Origin: Candidatus Kerfeldbacteria bacterium
GTDB taxonomy: Bacteria; Patescibacteriota; Patescibacteriia; SBBC01; CAIJZX01
Direction: 5' to 3'
Assembly: GCA_903825245.1 (NCBI GenBank)
Contig: CAIJZX010000016.1
Coordinates: 2,100-66,099, forward strand
Length of the DNA stretch: 64,000 bases
Shown here: piece by piece, positions 48,386 through 58,052 of the stretch
Numbering within the stretch: position 1 is the first letter of the stretch
How the letters are laid out: each line of letters begins with the position of its first letter
Made by a program: the position numbers and the translations under genes
The notes under the pieces: model-generated
What the model saw: the letters and a program-made list of their open reading frames with translations, nothing else
Told to the model about the DNA's origin: nothing
Databases searched by the model: none

Positions 48386-49519
48386 ATGGCCTTACCTGAA
48401 CATCTCAAAGTTGCCTTGGTTCACGACCATCTCGCGCAAGATGGCGGGGCAGAACGCGTGGTGCGCGTTTTGCAGAACATGTTTCCGAAAGCGCCGCTGT
48501 ATACGCTCGTCTATAATCCGAAACGCGCCCATAAAGATTTTCATGGGACCGATATTCGCACGTCGTTCATCCAGCACTTGCCGTTTTCGAAACGATTGTA
48601 CCAGTGGTATTTGCCGTTTATGCCGACGGCGATTGAACGGCTTGATTTGCGCGGCTACGACATCGTTATTTCCAGCACCGCCAGTTTTGCGAAAGGCGTG
48701 ATTACCGATCCGGACACATTACATCTGTGTTATTTGCATAGTCCGACGCGGTATTTGTGGAACGACACCATATCGTACGTTAATGATTTGCGCTACGCGA
48801 AATTCTTTAAAATGATTGCGCCGCACTATCTCAATCGGATTCGAATGTGGGATCGCCTGGCGGCGGATCGCGTTGATGATTTTATTGTGAACAGTGCGCT
48901 CGTTGAGCAACGGTTAGCAAAATACTACCGACGAAAAGGAACAATTATTCATCCGCCGGTGAACGTCGAACGATTTACGACAGCAACAGAACCGGGGAAA
49001 TATTATTTAACTGGTGGACGACTTGTGCCATACAAGCGTTTCGATTTAGCAATTGAGGCGTTCAATCGTTTGCATTTACCGTTGAAAATCTTCGGTGACG
49101 GTCCGGCGCTTAACGATCTACAGGAAATGGCCGGCGACACGATTGAATTTATCGGCCACATTCCGGACAGTAAGCAAAATGAAGTCTATGGCGGCGCAAT
49201 TGCCTTCATCAATCCACAAGAAGAAGATTTCGGCATTACTATGGTGGAAGCGATGGCTACCGGCCGACCGGTGATTGCCTATGCGAAAGGTGGCGCCTTA
49301 GAAATCATCAAACCGGGCGTGACCGGAAAGTTATTTACCGATCAGGATTGGGAATCGTTGGCCGATGCCGTCATTCGCAGTAAAACCGAACATTTTTCAG
49401 CGACGGATATTCGCACCTGGGCGGAAACATTTAGCGTCGAACATTTTCAACAACAATTTGTACACCACCTTGATGATGCTTGGCAACATCGAGGCGATCA
49501 ACATTTACTAACTATCTAA
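48386..49519 (+). CDS. Glycosyltransferase family 4
   Basis: GT4 C-terminal domain motifs. Confidence 0.75.
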   Translation: MALPEHLKVALVHDHLAQDGGAERVVRVLQNMFPKAPLYTLVYNPKRAHKDFHGTDIRTSFIQHLPFSKRLYQWYLPFMPTAIERLDLRGYDIVISSTASFAKGVITDPDTLHLCYLHSPTRYLWNDTISYVNDLRYAKFFKMIAPHYLNRIRMWDRLAADRVDDFIVNSALVEQRLAKYYRRKGTIIHPPVNVERFTTATEPGKYYLTGGRLVPYKRFDLAIEAFNRLHLPLKIFGDGPALNDLQEMAGDTIEFIGHIPDSKQNEVYGGAIAFINPQEEDFGITMVEAMATGRPVIAYAKGGALEIIKPGVTGKLFTDQDWESLADAVIRSKTEHFSATDIRTWAETFSVEHFQQQFVHHLDDAWQHRGDQHLLTI

Positions 49520-49523
49520 ATCT

Positions 49524-50129
49524 ATGGAACTCCGCGATTATTTGAAAGTCTACTGGTCACAGCGCTGGATGATACTTTTGTTCATTGTTGTCGGCGTGGG
49601 CGCCACTATTCTTGTCGCTAGCACAAGGCCGGTACGAACCGGCGTATCGATTTCCTTCGCCATTAACCGCACCAACCGAGAAGATACGACACAGTATCAG
49701 TACGATGGCTATTATGCATTGCAAGCATCTGATTTATTCTCACAGACTGTTGTCAGTTGGTTCAGCACGCCGTCTGTTCTGCAAGAAGTATATCAGAAAG
49801 CCAACCTTGATCCGGAAATTCAATCCGTTAACAGCTTGCCGTCACGTTTTAGCGTTCGTAAGTACTCAGCGCAAAATATCGTGGTACGTTACACCGAAGA
49901 CAACCAGGATCGCGCCCAAAAAGTAGCGACCAGTCTGGCGACGGTCATGGCGAGTAATGCCGCGGATTTAAATAAAACATCCGACGGAAAGTCGCTCTTC
50001 GATATCGTCGGTGCAACGCCGGTCATTGCTCCAAGCAAACCGAGTTTGCCGCTATACGCTGCAGTAGCCGCTGTCTTGAGCCTCCTGCTCGGTTTATTCA
50101 CGGCTGCGGTTCGCCGGTACATGAAATAA
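49524..50129 (+). CDS. Polysaccharide chain-length determinant (Wzz-like) protein
   Basis: N- and C-terminal TM helices flanking periplasmic domain; Wzz N-terminal motif. Confidence 0.6.
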   Translation: MELRDYLKVYWSQRWMILLFIVVGVGATILVASTRPVRTGVSISFAINRTNREDTTQYQYDGYYALQASDLFSQTVVSWFSTPSVLQEVYQKANLDPEIQSVNSLPSRFSVRKYSAQNIVVRYTEDNQDRAQKVATSLATVMASNAADLNKTSDGKSLFDIVGATPVIAPSKPSLPLYAAVAAVLSLLLGLFTAAVRRYMK

Positions 50130-50132
50130 AGC

Positions 50133-51275
50133 ATGAGAATCGGTATTGACGCCAGATTTTTTGGACCTTTAGAGACCGGCATCGGTCGGTACGTTGAGCG
50201 TCTCGTAACACACCTTTCAGAAATCGATCAGAAAAACGAGTATGTTTTGTTTTTGCGGAAGCGCGGGTATGACTGGTGGCAACCACCCAATGAACGGTGG
50301 AGTAAAGTCTTGGCCGATATCCATTGGTATACGCTCGAAGAACAACGAAGGATGCCCGGTATTTTTCGGCGAGCACATGTCGATGTTCTCCATATTCCGC
50401 ATTTCAATGTGCCGCTGCTGACGCGCAGTCCGTTTATCGTGACGGTTCACGATCTTATACTCGATGAATTTCCCACCGAACGGGCGACGACGCTTGAGCC
50501 GTTGTTATTCGCTCTAAAATTTCGCGCCTACCAAGCGGTTGTTCGCCATGCCGTACGTGATAGCAAAGCGATTATCTCTGTATCGAACTATAGTAAAGAT
50601 CAGTTGATTTCCAGATTCCATATTGCTCCAGAAAAAGTAGAAGTGACCTATGAGTCGGTTGATCCGTTACCAACGTCAGTACCATTTCAAACATTAGCTG
50701 AACACGGCGTCCAGCAACCATACTTACTCCATGTTGGCAATGCTTACCCACACAAAAACCTAGAACGTTTGGTCGAAGCGGTGACGATTGCCAATAAACG
50801 GAATATGACGTTTCAGTTAGTAATGGTTGGAAAAGACGATTACTTCTCCCGTCGTTTACGTGCCAATGTAGAAAAACGCGGTCTGAAAAATATAGTATTC
50901 TATGGATTTGCTTCCGATCAGGAATTAGCTGCACTCTATCAGCACGCCCAAGCATATATTTTTCCATCACTATCGGAAGGATTCGGTTTACCTGGATTAG
51001 AGGCCATGCAGGCAAACACACCGGTTTTCGCCGCCAACGCCTCGTGTCTTCCGGAAGTGTTCGGAGAAGCAGCCTCGTATTTCGACCCGCGCGATACGAC
51101 GTCCATGGCCCAGTCGATAGAATCCGCGCTTCGTGATACACTACTTCGGCAACGACTCGTCGCCGCCGGGCACGAAGTGCTGAATAAATATTCCTGGCGA
51201 CGCATGGCTGAAGAAACCTTAGCCGTGTACGAACGATTCGATCCACATGCCAAAAACACACCAACCACGACCTGA
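50133..51275 (+). CDS. Glycosyltransferase family 4
   Basis: GT4 motifs (…EGFGLPGLEAMQANTPV…). Confidence 0.8.
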   Translation: MRIGIDARFFGPLETGIGRYVERLVTHLSEIDQKNEYVLFLRKRGYDWWQPPNERWSKVLADIHWYTLEEQRRMPGIFRRAHVDVLHIPHFNVPLLTRSPFIVTVHDLILDEFPTERATTLEPLLFALKFRAYQAVVRHAVRDSKAIISVSNYSKDQLISRFHIAPEKVEVTYESVDPLPTSVPFQTLAEHGVQQPYLLHVGNAYPHKNLERLVEAVTIANKRNMTFQLVMVGKDDYFSRRLRANVEKRGLKNIVFYGFASDQELAALYQHAQAYIFPSLSEGFGLPGLEAMQANTPVFAANASCLPEVFGEAASYFDPRDTTSMAQSIESALRDTLLRQRLVAAGHEVLNKYSWRRMAEETLAVYERFDPHAKNTPTTT

Positions 51276-53382
51276 TCCAAACATCCTCGACCTGAGAAAA
51301 CTTGTGGCCGAGCGGCAAGCCGCTTCAGCCGAACCACAACACCGCTGGTCGCACAAACAACCGAAACAGAAGTCCGTTCTCCAGGAATTTCATCGTCCGC
51401 CGACGCCACCGCGCGATTGGACGATGTTTCGTCGTGAACTCTTAAAGTTCGGCGCGGTTTTAGTCGTGGTCGGTTGTATCAGCGGAATTGTGGTGATGGT
51501 GACATCGGTGACTAACGCCAAAACGAAAGTCACGAATGACGCAAAATCTGGCGTCACAGAATTGCAAGCCGGCTTTACTGCCCTCGGTCAATCGCAATCT
51601 GACGAAGCGACGAAACATTTTACAAAGGCCCAATCATTATTCAATCAAGCCAACGCCACCCTGACCGATACGCTTCCGGGGTTTGCTGAGCACTTGCCGG
51701 TCGTCGGCAAGCAAGTCAGCGGCAGCACCACGCTCGTGCACGATGCCGGCGAGATTGCGTCAATCGGCAAACAACTGGCCGAGTTATTACCGACCGATGC
51801 GCTGAAACAACCGGCGGTGACGATTCAATCCAACGGCGTCGTCCAAGGTTCAATCGGCGTTCTGGCATCACTCTCGACGAAGCACGATGAATTGCTGACC
51901 ATCGTCAATCAAGCGAAAAGCGTGCTCAATGATATCCGCACCGTCAGTCCAGATGCTATTCCGTCAGCCTACCGTGAACGATTTATTTCCGCTCAGCGCA
52001 TTCTCAACGGCTTTGTGCCGACATCGGCGTCGCTGGACGACATGACGACATTTTTGCTAGGACTGCTCGCGCCGAAAGAATCGAAAGAATACCTGGTCGT
52101 GTTCCAAAACAATGACGAAATCCGACCGACGGGCGGTTTCTTAGGAACATTTCTTCTCGTCCAATTCGAAGGCGGCACATTTAAAATTCTTGACGCGCCG
52201 GGAAACGGACCATTCGCTTTGTCCGACCTGATCGCGAAGAAAAACCTGCCGCCGCAACCGTTACTGTCCATTGTTCCGTACTGGACATTCCACGATTCGA
52301 ATTGGTTCCTCGATGCACCAACCTCAGCCAAGACGATGATTGATTTCTATAAACAAGATCGCGGCTTCGCGCCGGACGGTGTCCTGTTCTTAACGCCAGG
52401 TATTATGGAAGATATCTTACGCATTACCGGTCCGGTTCGACCGGAGCACTATGCGGTTGATATATCCGCGGAAAACTTTGTGGCGGCGACAGAACAACAG
52501 GTACAATTCGGGTACGATAAGGCGCTGAATAATCCGAAGCAATTCCTCATTGATCTCGTGCCGACGATGATTACGAAACTCTCAACACTTGGTACGCCGG
52601 ACGCGTTGAAAGCGATGGCGATGACACTGAAGCGCTTCAATCAAAACGACATTATGGTCTACAGTTCGGACAAGGATGTCCAAAATGCTGTGGCGACGTT
52701 AGGATGGGATGGTGCACTGAACTCGCTAACGGGCGACGGCCTTGCAGTCGTCGATACAAATCTTGGTGGCGGAAAAACCGATCGTTCGATTACGGAAAAG
52801 GTGACAGTCAATGTCACGTTGCAAAATGGATTACTCCAACACCAAGTTCAAGTCACACGAACGCATCACGGTACAGCAGGGAACATCTTGACCGGTGATA
52901 CAAATCGTGATTTCCTCCGCATCTACACACCGTCGAATGCGCAGTTTACGAGTATTACCGGCGCGACGATTCCGAATGCGTCATGGTGGCAAACGCCGTC
53001 GAGCGTCGCGTCGATGCCGAATATTTTGCAAACAACTGAAGGACAGACGCTCGTCGATCAAGCCAACGGCTACCGCATCACGCACGAAAGCGGTCGAATG
53101 GTATTCGGCGCGTGGAGTCAGATTGCGCCCGGACAATCACAAACCATTACTTTTACCTATACGACACCAGCGCCGACCGGCGACAATACTACCTGGAACT
53201 TCGATTGGCAACATCAACCGGGCGCGGTCCCGGCACGCACCTGGATCGTCAATTTTTCCTTGCCATCAGGTAAAACCATTACGTCAACCAGCTCGACTGC
53301 GGCTATCAGCAATGGAAAAAAGAACGCTTCGTTCACGAGCGATTCAACGATTTCCCGCGAATTCTCGGTGAACTATAAGTAA
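51247..53382 (+). CDS. Large membrane-anchored extracellular protein (DUF4012-like) associated with EPS locus
   Basis: Single N-terminal TM, 650-aa extracytoplasmic region. Confidence 0.5.
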   Translation: MPKTHQPRPDPNILDLRKLVAERQAASAEPQHRWSHKQPKQKSVLQEFHRPPTPPRDWTMFRRELLKFGAVLVVVGCISGIVVMVTSVTNAKTKVTNDAKSGVTELQAGFTALGQSQSDEATKHFTKAQSLFNQANATLTDTLPGFAEHLPVVGKQVSGSTTLVHDAGEIASIGKQLAELLPTDALKQPAVTIQSNGVVQGSIGVLASLSTKHDELLTIVNQAKSVLNDIRTVSPDAIPSAYRERFISAQRILNGFVPTSASLDDMTTFLLGLLAPKESKEYLVVFQNNDEIRPTGGFLGTFLLVQFEGGTFKILDAPGNGPFALSDLIAKKNLPPQPLLSIVPYWTFHDSNWFLDAPTSAKTMIDFYKQDRGFAPDGVLFLTPGIMEDILRITGPVRPEHYAVDISAENFVAATEQQVQFGYDKALNNPKQFLIDLVPTMITKLSTLGTPDALKAMAMTLKRFNQNDIMVYSSDKDVQNAVATLGWDGALNSLTGDGLAVVDTNLGGGKTDRSITEKVTVNVTLQNGLLQHQVQVTRTHHGTAGNILTGDTNRDFLRIYTPSNAQFTSITGATIPNASWWQTPSSVASMPNILQTTEGQTLVDQANGYRITHESGRMVFGAWSQIAPGQSQTITFTYTTPAPTGDNTTWNFDWQHQPGAVPARTWIVNFSLPSGKTITSTSSTAAISNGKKNASFTSDSTISREFSVNYK

Positions 53383-53689
53383 GACAACGGGATAAGCAAA
53401 ACGACGACACCTACCTCCCCACGGTTTAGACAATATTTGTGGCGTTCTTTGTATTCAACAAGGTATGTATGCAGAGGAATCCTGTCTGCAACCCCTCCTT
53501 CCAGCGCACTGGAAGGAGGGGTGTTGACGACAAAGCTGTGCATGACGTTCTTGATGACAGCAATTTTACGTCCAAAAATGATGAAAACGACGGGGAGGTA
53601 GGCGCTTTCAAAGTGCTATTTATCCACACCTTTTTACCCTAATCTTAGGGAAAATCCAACCTTGCGGTCGGAGGCGGTATTGACATTTT

Positions 53690-53718
53690 CGGAGGCGGGG
53701 AGTATCATGCTTAGTCAA
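53690..53718 (+). promoter_or_regulatory. Strong sigma70-like promoter TTGACA-17-TATCAT
   Basis: Hexamers at 53690-53695 and 53713-53718. Confidence 0.55.
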
Positions 53719-53724
53719 CTTAAA

Positions 53725-54249
53725 AAAGCACCTTCCAATCTCGGTCCGAATTGCCAGGAGTTGTGTCGATATAAGTCGCTACAACCCCTGGCGATTCATT
53801 GCAGTCGGTTGGCCACCGAGCGTGTCTCGCACTAGGGGAAGTTACAAGTAACTTCAGCGAAGCGGTAGTACGCAACACGACGCGGTGGAACAAACAGACT
53901 GTAGCACTCGGAGCACTCGCTGGTGGAACACCCGCAGCACACTGGTTGCACCGAAGCACTCCGGAAGTACCGATTCACCGCGCGGTGGTCGGAGAAGTCC
54001 GATACGTAAACCTGACCGCAGTACCTAGCAGTACGTGGCAGAACGGTGGGGGAGTTGAAAGACGTTTCATCTCTCCCACCCCATTTCCCGAATACATCTC
54101 AAGTGAGGTGTCGTCAGGAAAGGATGCACCATACAATTCATGTCAGAACAATCGTTGAGGAGCGAAAGTTCGACATAACAAACTGTTCATCCATAAAGGG
54201 TGAGGTCTGTTGTCGACGCGCGTCCACAACAAGCCTCACCTTTTTTGTT
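53725..54249 (+). ncRNA. Candidate ~530-nt noncoding RNA (promoter-to-terminator transcript without credible ORF) in GC-rich island
   Basis: Bounded by promoter above and a strong intrinsic terminator; internal ORFs (53799.., 54046..) lack SD and look compositional; internal short repeats (GGTGGAACA, AGCACTCGG/AGCACTCCGG). Confidence 0.4.
54199..54249 (+). terminator. Rho-independent terminator (GGTGAGGTCTGTTGT…ACAACAAGCCTCACC + TTTTTTGTTT)
   Basis: Long GC stem followed by T-run. Confidence 0.75.
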
Positions 54250-54393
54250 TGGCCCTCCCCTTGATAAGGGGAGGTGAAGGAGGGGTGAGGAGGACAGGCA
54301 CCGCGGCCAGCCGCCGTGTGTTGTTGGTTGCGGAACCTGTCCTGACGAAACGAAGGTTGATCTCTAACGCGCTAAAAGCGCACGGAGAATACC

Positions 54394-54747
54394 ATGTTCA
54401 ATACGTTCGTCGTTGTGGCACTGATCTGCCTCATCATCTGGAACCTGATCCAGCGCAACCAGATCAAGCATCAGGAAATGGTCATCGAACGCATCAAGCA
54501 CAACTCGGCGGCGTTCGAGATTCGAACGATGGCCATCGACTACTACCGCGAACACGGCACTTGGCCGACCATCAAGGAACTCCGAGTGGATCGTGACATG
54601 GACAGTCTCGAGTGTACGCTCTGGGCAGACTGGCAGATCAAGGCCAGGTTCGAGAAGAACTATACCAAGCAGTGGCTTCTCGAGATCTGGATCCCAGGTG
54701 CGAATGTCTGCCGCATCTTTCACACCGGTATTCGCACTGCCGCGTGA
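54394..54747 (+). CDS. Hypothetical membrane-anchored protein with pseudopilin-like motif (…AIDYYREHGTWPTIKEL…)
   Basis: SD GGAGA; N-terminal hydrophobic helix; weak similarity to GspG/type IV pilin core. Confidence 0.45.
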   Translation: MFNTFVVVALICLIIWNLIQRNQIKHQEMVIERIKHNSAAFEIRTMAIDYYREHGTWPTIKELRVDRDMDSLECTLWADWQIKARFEKNYTKQWLLEIWIPGANVCRIFHTGIRTAA

Positions 54748-54891
54748 GCAGCACCTTCTACACCGCAACACAAGTTACGGTGAAGGCTATGACTACGGTC
54801 TGGCCTCTCACTCGAACGCTTCAGCTTTAGTTGGAGAGTTCAAGTGAGGATAGTCAGTAGCCAGCACCGTCACATTCGAAAGGAGTCAGTC

Positions 54892-55221
54892 ATGTCCTCT
54901 GCTGTGAAGCAGGAGAAGGACTACACCACGTGCCTTCGGCTGCACGTGTACGAGGTTCCGGCCGAGAGCGAGATCGCTAAGATCGCTTCTCGGACCATCA
55001 TCCACGCCGTTCCCGAGGACAAGTGCCTGGCCTGCATCAACGAACGACTGCACGACCTCCGGCACGACGCTGAGTTGGACGATCTGTGCCCAATCGATCC
55101 TGATCAGCCGAACGGCTGGGCACTCGACGCGGACGATGCCGAGAAGCAGTACGAGGACGTCCGACGTCTGTACGTGACTGAAGTGGACCACGAGTACCGA
55201 CTCATGCCGGATCTCAGCTAG
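54892..55221 (+). CDS. Hypothetical acidic Cys-containing protein
   Basis: SD AAGGAG; internal Met start. Confidence 0.45.
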   Translation: MSSAVKQEKDYTTCLRLHVYEVPAESEIAKIASRTIIHAVPEDKCLACINERLHDLRHDAELDDLCPIDPDQPNGWALDADDAEKQYEDVRRLYVTEVDHEYRLMPDLS

Positions 55222-55622
55222 AGCAACAAGAACAAGGCCGTGAGCGGATATCGTTCACACGAGTAAGGAGCCTATATACAATCCTTACTCAGCTGTCTTC
55301 CGATGTGTATCGGAACTGATGAGCTCGAAAGAGCGAAACAGCATAGAAGTACATTACATATATTCGAAGAACGCACAGGGAGGGGAGAGCACTCGTTGTC
55401 GGACGGCCACAAGCATGGACGACACGAGCCGCGGTCAAGCAGTAGTCAAGGAGGTTTCGACTTCCGACACCATTGCAAGACAGCATATGACGATAGGGTG
55501 AGCTTGTCTCACCACAACTACCGTTCGCTTGCCTCCCGATGTGTTCTTCGAACATTCCGGTCACCACGACCGAACCCGACCGTGCACGGGTTGACAATGC
55601 GCGGACTGCCAAGGAGGCGCAG

Positions 55623-55787
55623 ATGTGCATGTCGCATGAGCTGGCCAGCCGCATTGCGGAACTTCATCTTCATGGTCGGGCTGACCATCTTCCTCAAGAA
55701 ACGGTCAGCCACGCACTGGAACTGGCGTACGGTGGCAACGCACCGAAGCCGCTCTCCTGCGAGATCGACAACGCCCAGGCCGCGTAG
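55623..55787 (+). CDS. Hypothetical small protein (55 aa)
   Basis: SD AAGGAGG-6-ATG. Confidence 0.35.
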   Translation: MCMSHELASRIAELHLHGRADHLPQETVSHALELAYGGNAPKPLSCEIDNAQAA

Positions 55788-55972
55788 CGGCACGTAACAA
55801 AGTACCTCGGGGTCAACGTTTTCCATACGTTGACTCCGAGCCCTTACTCGAGCATTCCTATCAATTGGATGACGGAAGTCCCAAGCGACGAAATGCTCAA
55901 GTAAGACCAACGACAAACATCAATGCTTGACATATCAAGTACCACTCAACCATCACCACGGAGGGCAAAATC

Positions 55973-56137
55973 ATGTTCCCGTATGCCTTGGCTACCGTGC
56001 TGTTGGTGCTGACGATTTCGGTCGGCATCGCACTGATCAAGAGGCAGAAGTCGCTGTCGGGTCCTTCGAACGAGAACGCACTCGCGTCGAAGCATCCGGA
56101 GTTCAAGAACTTCAACCGCCGCAGTCGCATTCGCTAA
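55973..56137 (+). CDS. Unlisted small membrane protein (54 aa, MFPYALATVLLVLTISVGIALIKRQK…)
   Basis: Not in ORF track (<60 aa); SD GGAGGG-7-ATG; strongly GC3-biased codons; single TM. Confidence 0.4.
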   Translation: MFPYALATVLLVLTISVGIALIKRQKSLSGPSNENALASKHPEFKNFNRRSRIR

Positions 56138-56183
56138 CGATCGTCGGTCACATCCAACAACACTTCCAACCGGAGGTACTGTC

Positions 56184-56612
56184 ATGAAGCAGGCTCTGCT
56201 GGATCAGATCAAGGCGATGGAGCAGTACGTCACCAACGTGTTGGGTCCGAAGTTCCTTCTGGACAGCGCGGCTCACGAGGCCGAGCTGAACGAGTTCCTC
56301 GGTACGGTCAATTTCCAGCGCGGTGGTCGGCTCGGTCTGCTGTACGACGAGCGTGATCTCGAGCTGTGGACCGAACGGCTGCTGGAGAAGCCGATGACCA
56401 CGAACGTCACGATCGGTACGTCCGACATCAAGTTCCTCGGCACCGAGCACACGGCCAAGCGGAGCCGCACCTGCAAGGGCAAGCGGTTCAAGAACAAGCC
56501 GCGTGAGCAGCACCGTCCGAAGCCCCAGCCGGCGAAGGACAAGAACGAGTTCAAGAAGGAGATGGAGAAGCAGCAGCGGACCAAGAAGCGCGGCCACCAG
56601 CAGGCCGCCTAG
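56184..56612 (+). CDS. Hypothetical protein with highly basic C-terminal tail
   Basis: SD GGAGG. Confidence 0.5.
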   Translation: MKQALLDQIKAMEQYVTNVLGPKFLLDSAAHEAELNEFLGTVNFQRGGRLGLLYDERDLELWTERLLEKPMTTNVTIGTSDIKFLGTEHTAKRSRTCKGKRFKNKPREQHRPKPQPAKDKNEFKKEMEKQQRTKKRGHQQAA

Positions 56613-56885
56613 TTTCCAAGCGCCTATCCTTCAACGCCACCCAATTCGTGGGACGAAGAACCGCGGATGTGGGAACAAGAAAGGTGGTGAGTACGATTCG
56701 ATTATGTACCTTCTGAAGCAAAAAAATCAGAACAGCGCGTGACAACGTTGCTGTTCGGGAGAGAAGCTCGATCTTCTCTCCTCCTGTCCGAGTTGACGAC
56801 AACGTCGTCGATTCAGACAGGGGTACCTCAGTATTCCGCAGTCGCTCTTGAAAACTTGTTACTCACTTCCATACCGGAGGTTACC

Positions 56886-57266
56886 ATGCTGCGCACGCTG
56901 TTGCTAGCAACTTGCTTGGTGGTTCTCGGCATGATGTCAACGTCGTGTATCACCGAACCCCAGAATCCGAACCTCGCATGTCTGGTCGGTGTCCACAACC
57001 TCACGAACCAGCCGGCGGCGAAAGTCGTCATTGACGGCGCAGTGGTGATGCGGAACCTTCGTCCCTACGAAGAATGGGTGCTTTCCGGAACCTACATGAC
57101 CGGCTCGTACCATACCTTCGAGGTCTTCACCACGGACACGATCACATCGTCGATTCGATGTAACTTCAGTGTTCCGTGGCATGTCCGCTATACGTGTGCA
57201 AGCACGGCGGTTGCGGTGTATATCGCCGTCAATCCGACCAACGGCGACTACCGCATAAGTGAGTAA
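56886..57266 (+). CDS. Hypothetical secreted/lipoprotein-like protein
   Basis: SD GGAGG; signal peptide with Cys. Confidence 0.5.
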   Translation: MLRTLLLATCLVVLGMMSTSCITEPQNPNLACLVGVHNLTNQPAAKVVIDGAVVMRNLRPYEEWVLSGTYMTGSYHTFEVFTTDTITSSIRCNFSVPWHVRYTCASTAVAVYIAVNPTNGDYRISE

Positions 57267-57275
57267 GCCCAAAGG

Positions 57276-57355
57276 GGAACGCGGACATGGAATGCTCATG
57301 TTGCGTTCCCTGCTTCACTTGAGTTATGCATCACGTATGAATGACTCAAGCGAAG
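57276..57355. repeat. Two-hairpin intergenic element copy 1 (GGAACGC-loop-GCGTTCC; CTTCACTTGAGT-loop-ACTCAAGCGAAG)
   Basis: Paralogous to 58053-58129 with compensatory stem changes. Confidence 0.55.
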
Positions 57356-57435
57356 ATGCACCTTACATATTGCTCTGAAATTTACAACGTTTTTAACGTT
57401 GTTGTTGCAATTCACCCCAGCAAACGGAGAAGCCG

Positions 57436-58038
57436 ATGAAAGGCATGATGCTGATGATGCTGTGTGTCCTGATGTTCGCCTCGGCGGCAACCGCGCAGAC
57501 GACGGAAACCATCCACCCGACGACCAGTATTGTCTCGGTCTGGAACGAGTACCAGACGACTGATGGTGGCTTGGACAATTTCAATGTCTGGGCCAACGTT
57601 TGGCCGAGCGATGGGAAGTTCGGGTTCTACCTGTACACGCAGGGTGCTCAGCCTTCGTTCACGCAGACGTACGGCGGTCCGGCTGTTCGCATGTTCGACG
57701 GTCAGTTCGAACTCGGCGCTGGACTCGGTGTCGAGAACGTCGACGGCAACGTCGGTCTGCGGCGATCTGTGTACGGCATCGTCACCCACCAGAAGTTCTC
57801 GAGTGCCAACTGGTACGAGAGCTCCAGGAACAGTGGGTGGTGGTTCCTGACCCAGGACATGTACTCGGTCACGCCGACGCTCGAAGCCGGTTACCGTCTG
57901 CAGCGTTTCCTCGGTGGCGGTCCCATGGTCCGCTATACCGCAACGTTCAAGAACTGGGCGTTCCAGCCTTACGGCGCGGCGCTATACGACGGCGATCGTT
58001 TGAACCCGATCCTCGGGTTCTCGATGACGCACAAGTAG
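57436..58038 (+). CDS. Hypothetical secreted beta-rich protein (outer-membrane-protein-like)
   Basis: Signal peptide MKGMMLMMLCVLMFASAATAQ; alternating aromatic/Gly beta pattern. Confidence 0.5.
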   Translation: MKGMMLMMLCVLMFASAATAQTTETIHPTTSIVSVWNEYQTTDGGLDNFNVWANVWPSDGKFGFYLYTQGAQPSFTQTYGGPAVRMFDGQFELGAGLGVENVDGNVGLRRSVYGIVTHQKFSSANWYESSRNSGWWFLTQDMYSVTPTLEAGYRLQRFLGGGPMVRYTATFKNWAFQPYGAALYDGDRLNPILGFSMTHK

Positions 58039-58052
58039 TTCAGAGCAATACA

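Noticed and set aside
53799-54264. ORFs 53799..54158 (119 aa) and 54046..54264 (72 aa) inside the candidate ncRNA
   Set aside because: The 119-aa ORF has a TTG start and neither ORF has an SD; both have Ala/Gly/Val/Thr-rich compositional character, the 72-aa ORF runs through the transcription terminator, and the 119-aa ORF ends ~40 nt before it. Coding cannot be fully excluded without homologs.
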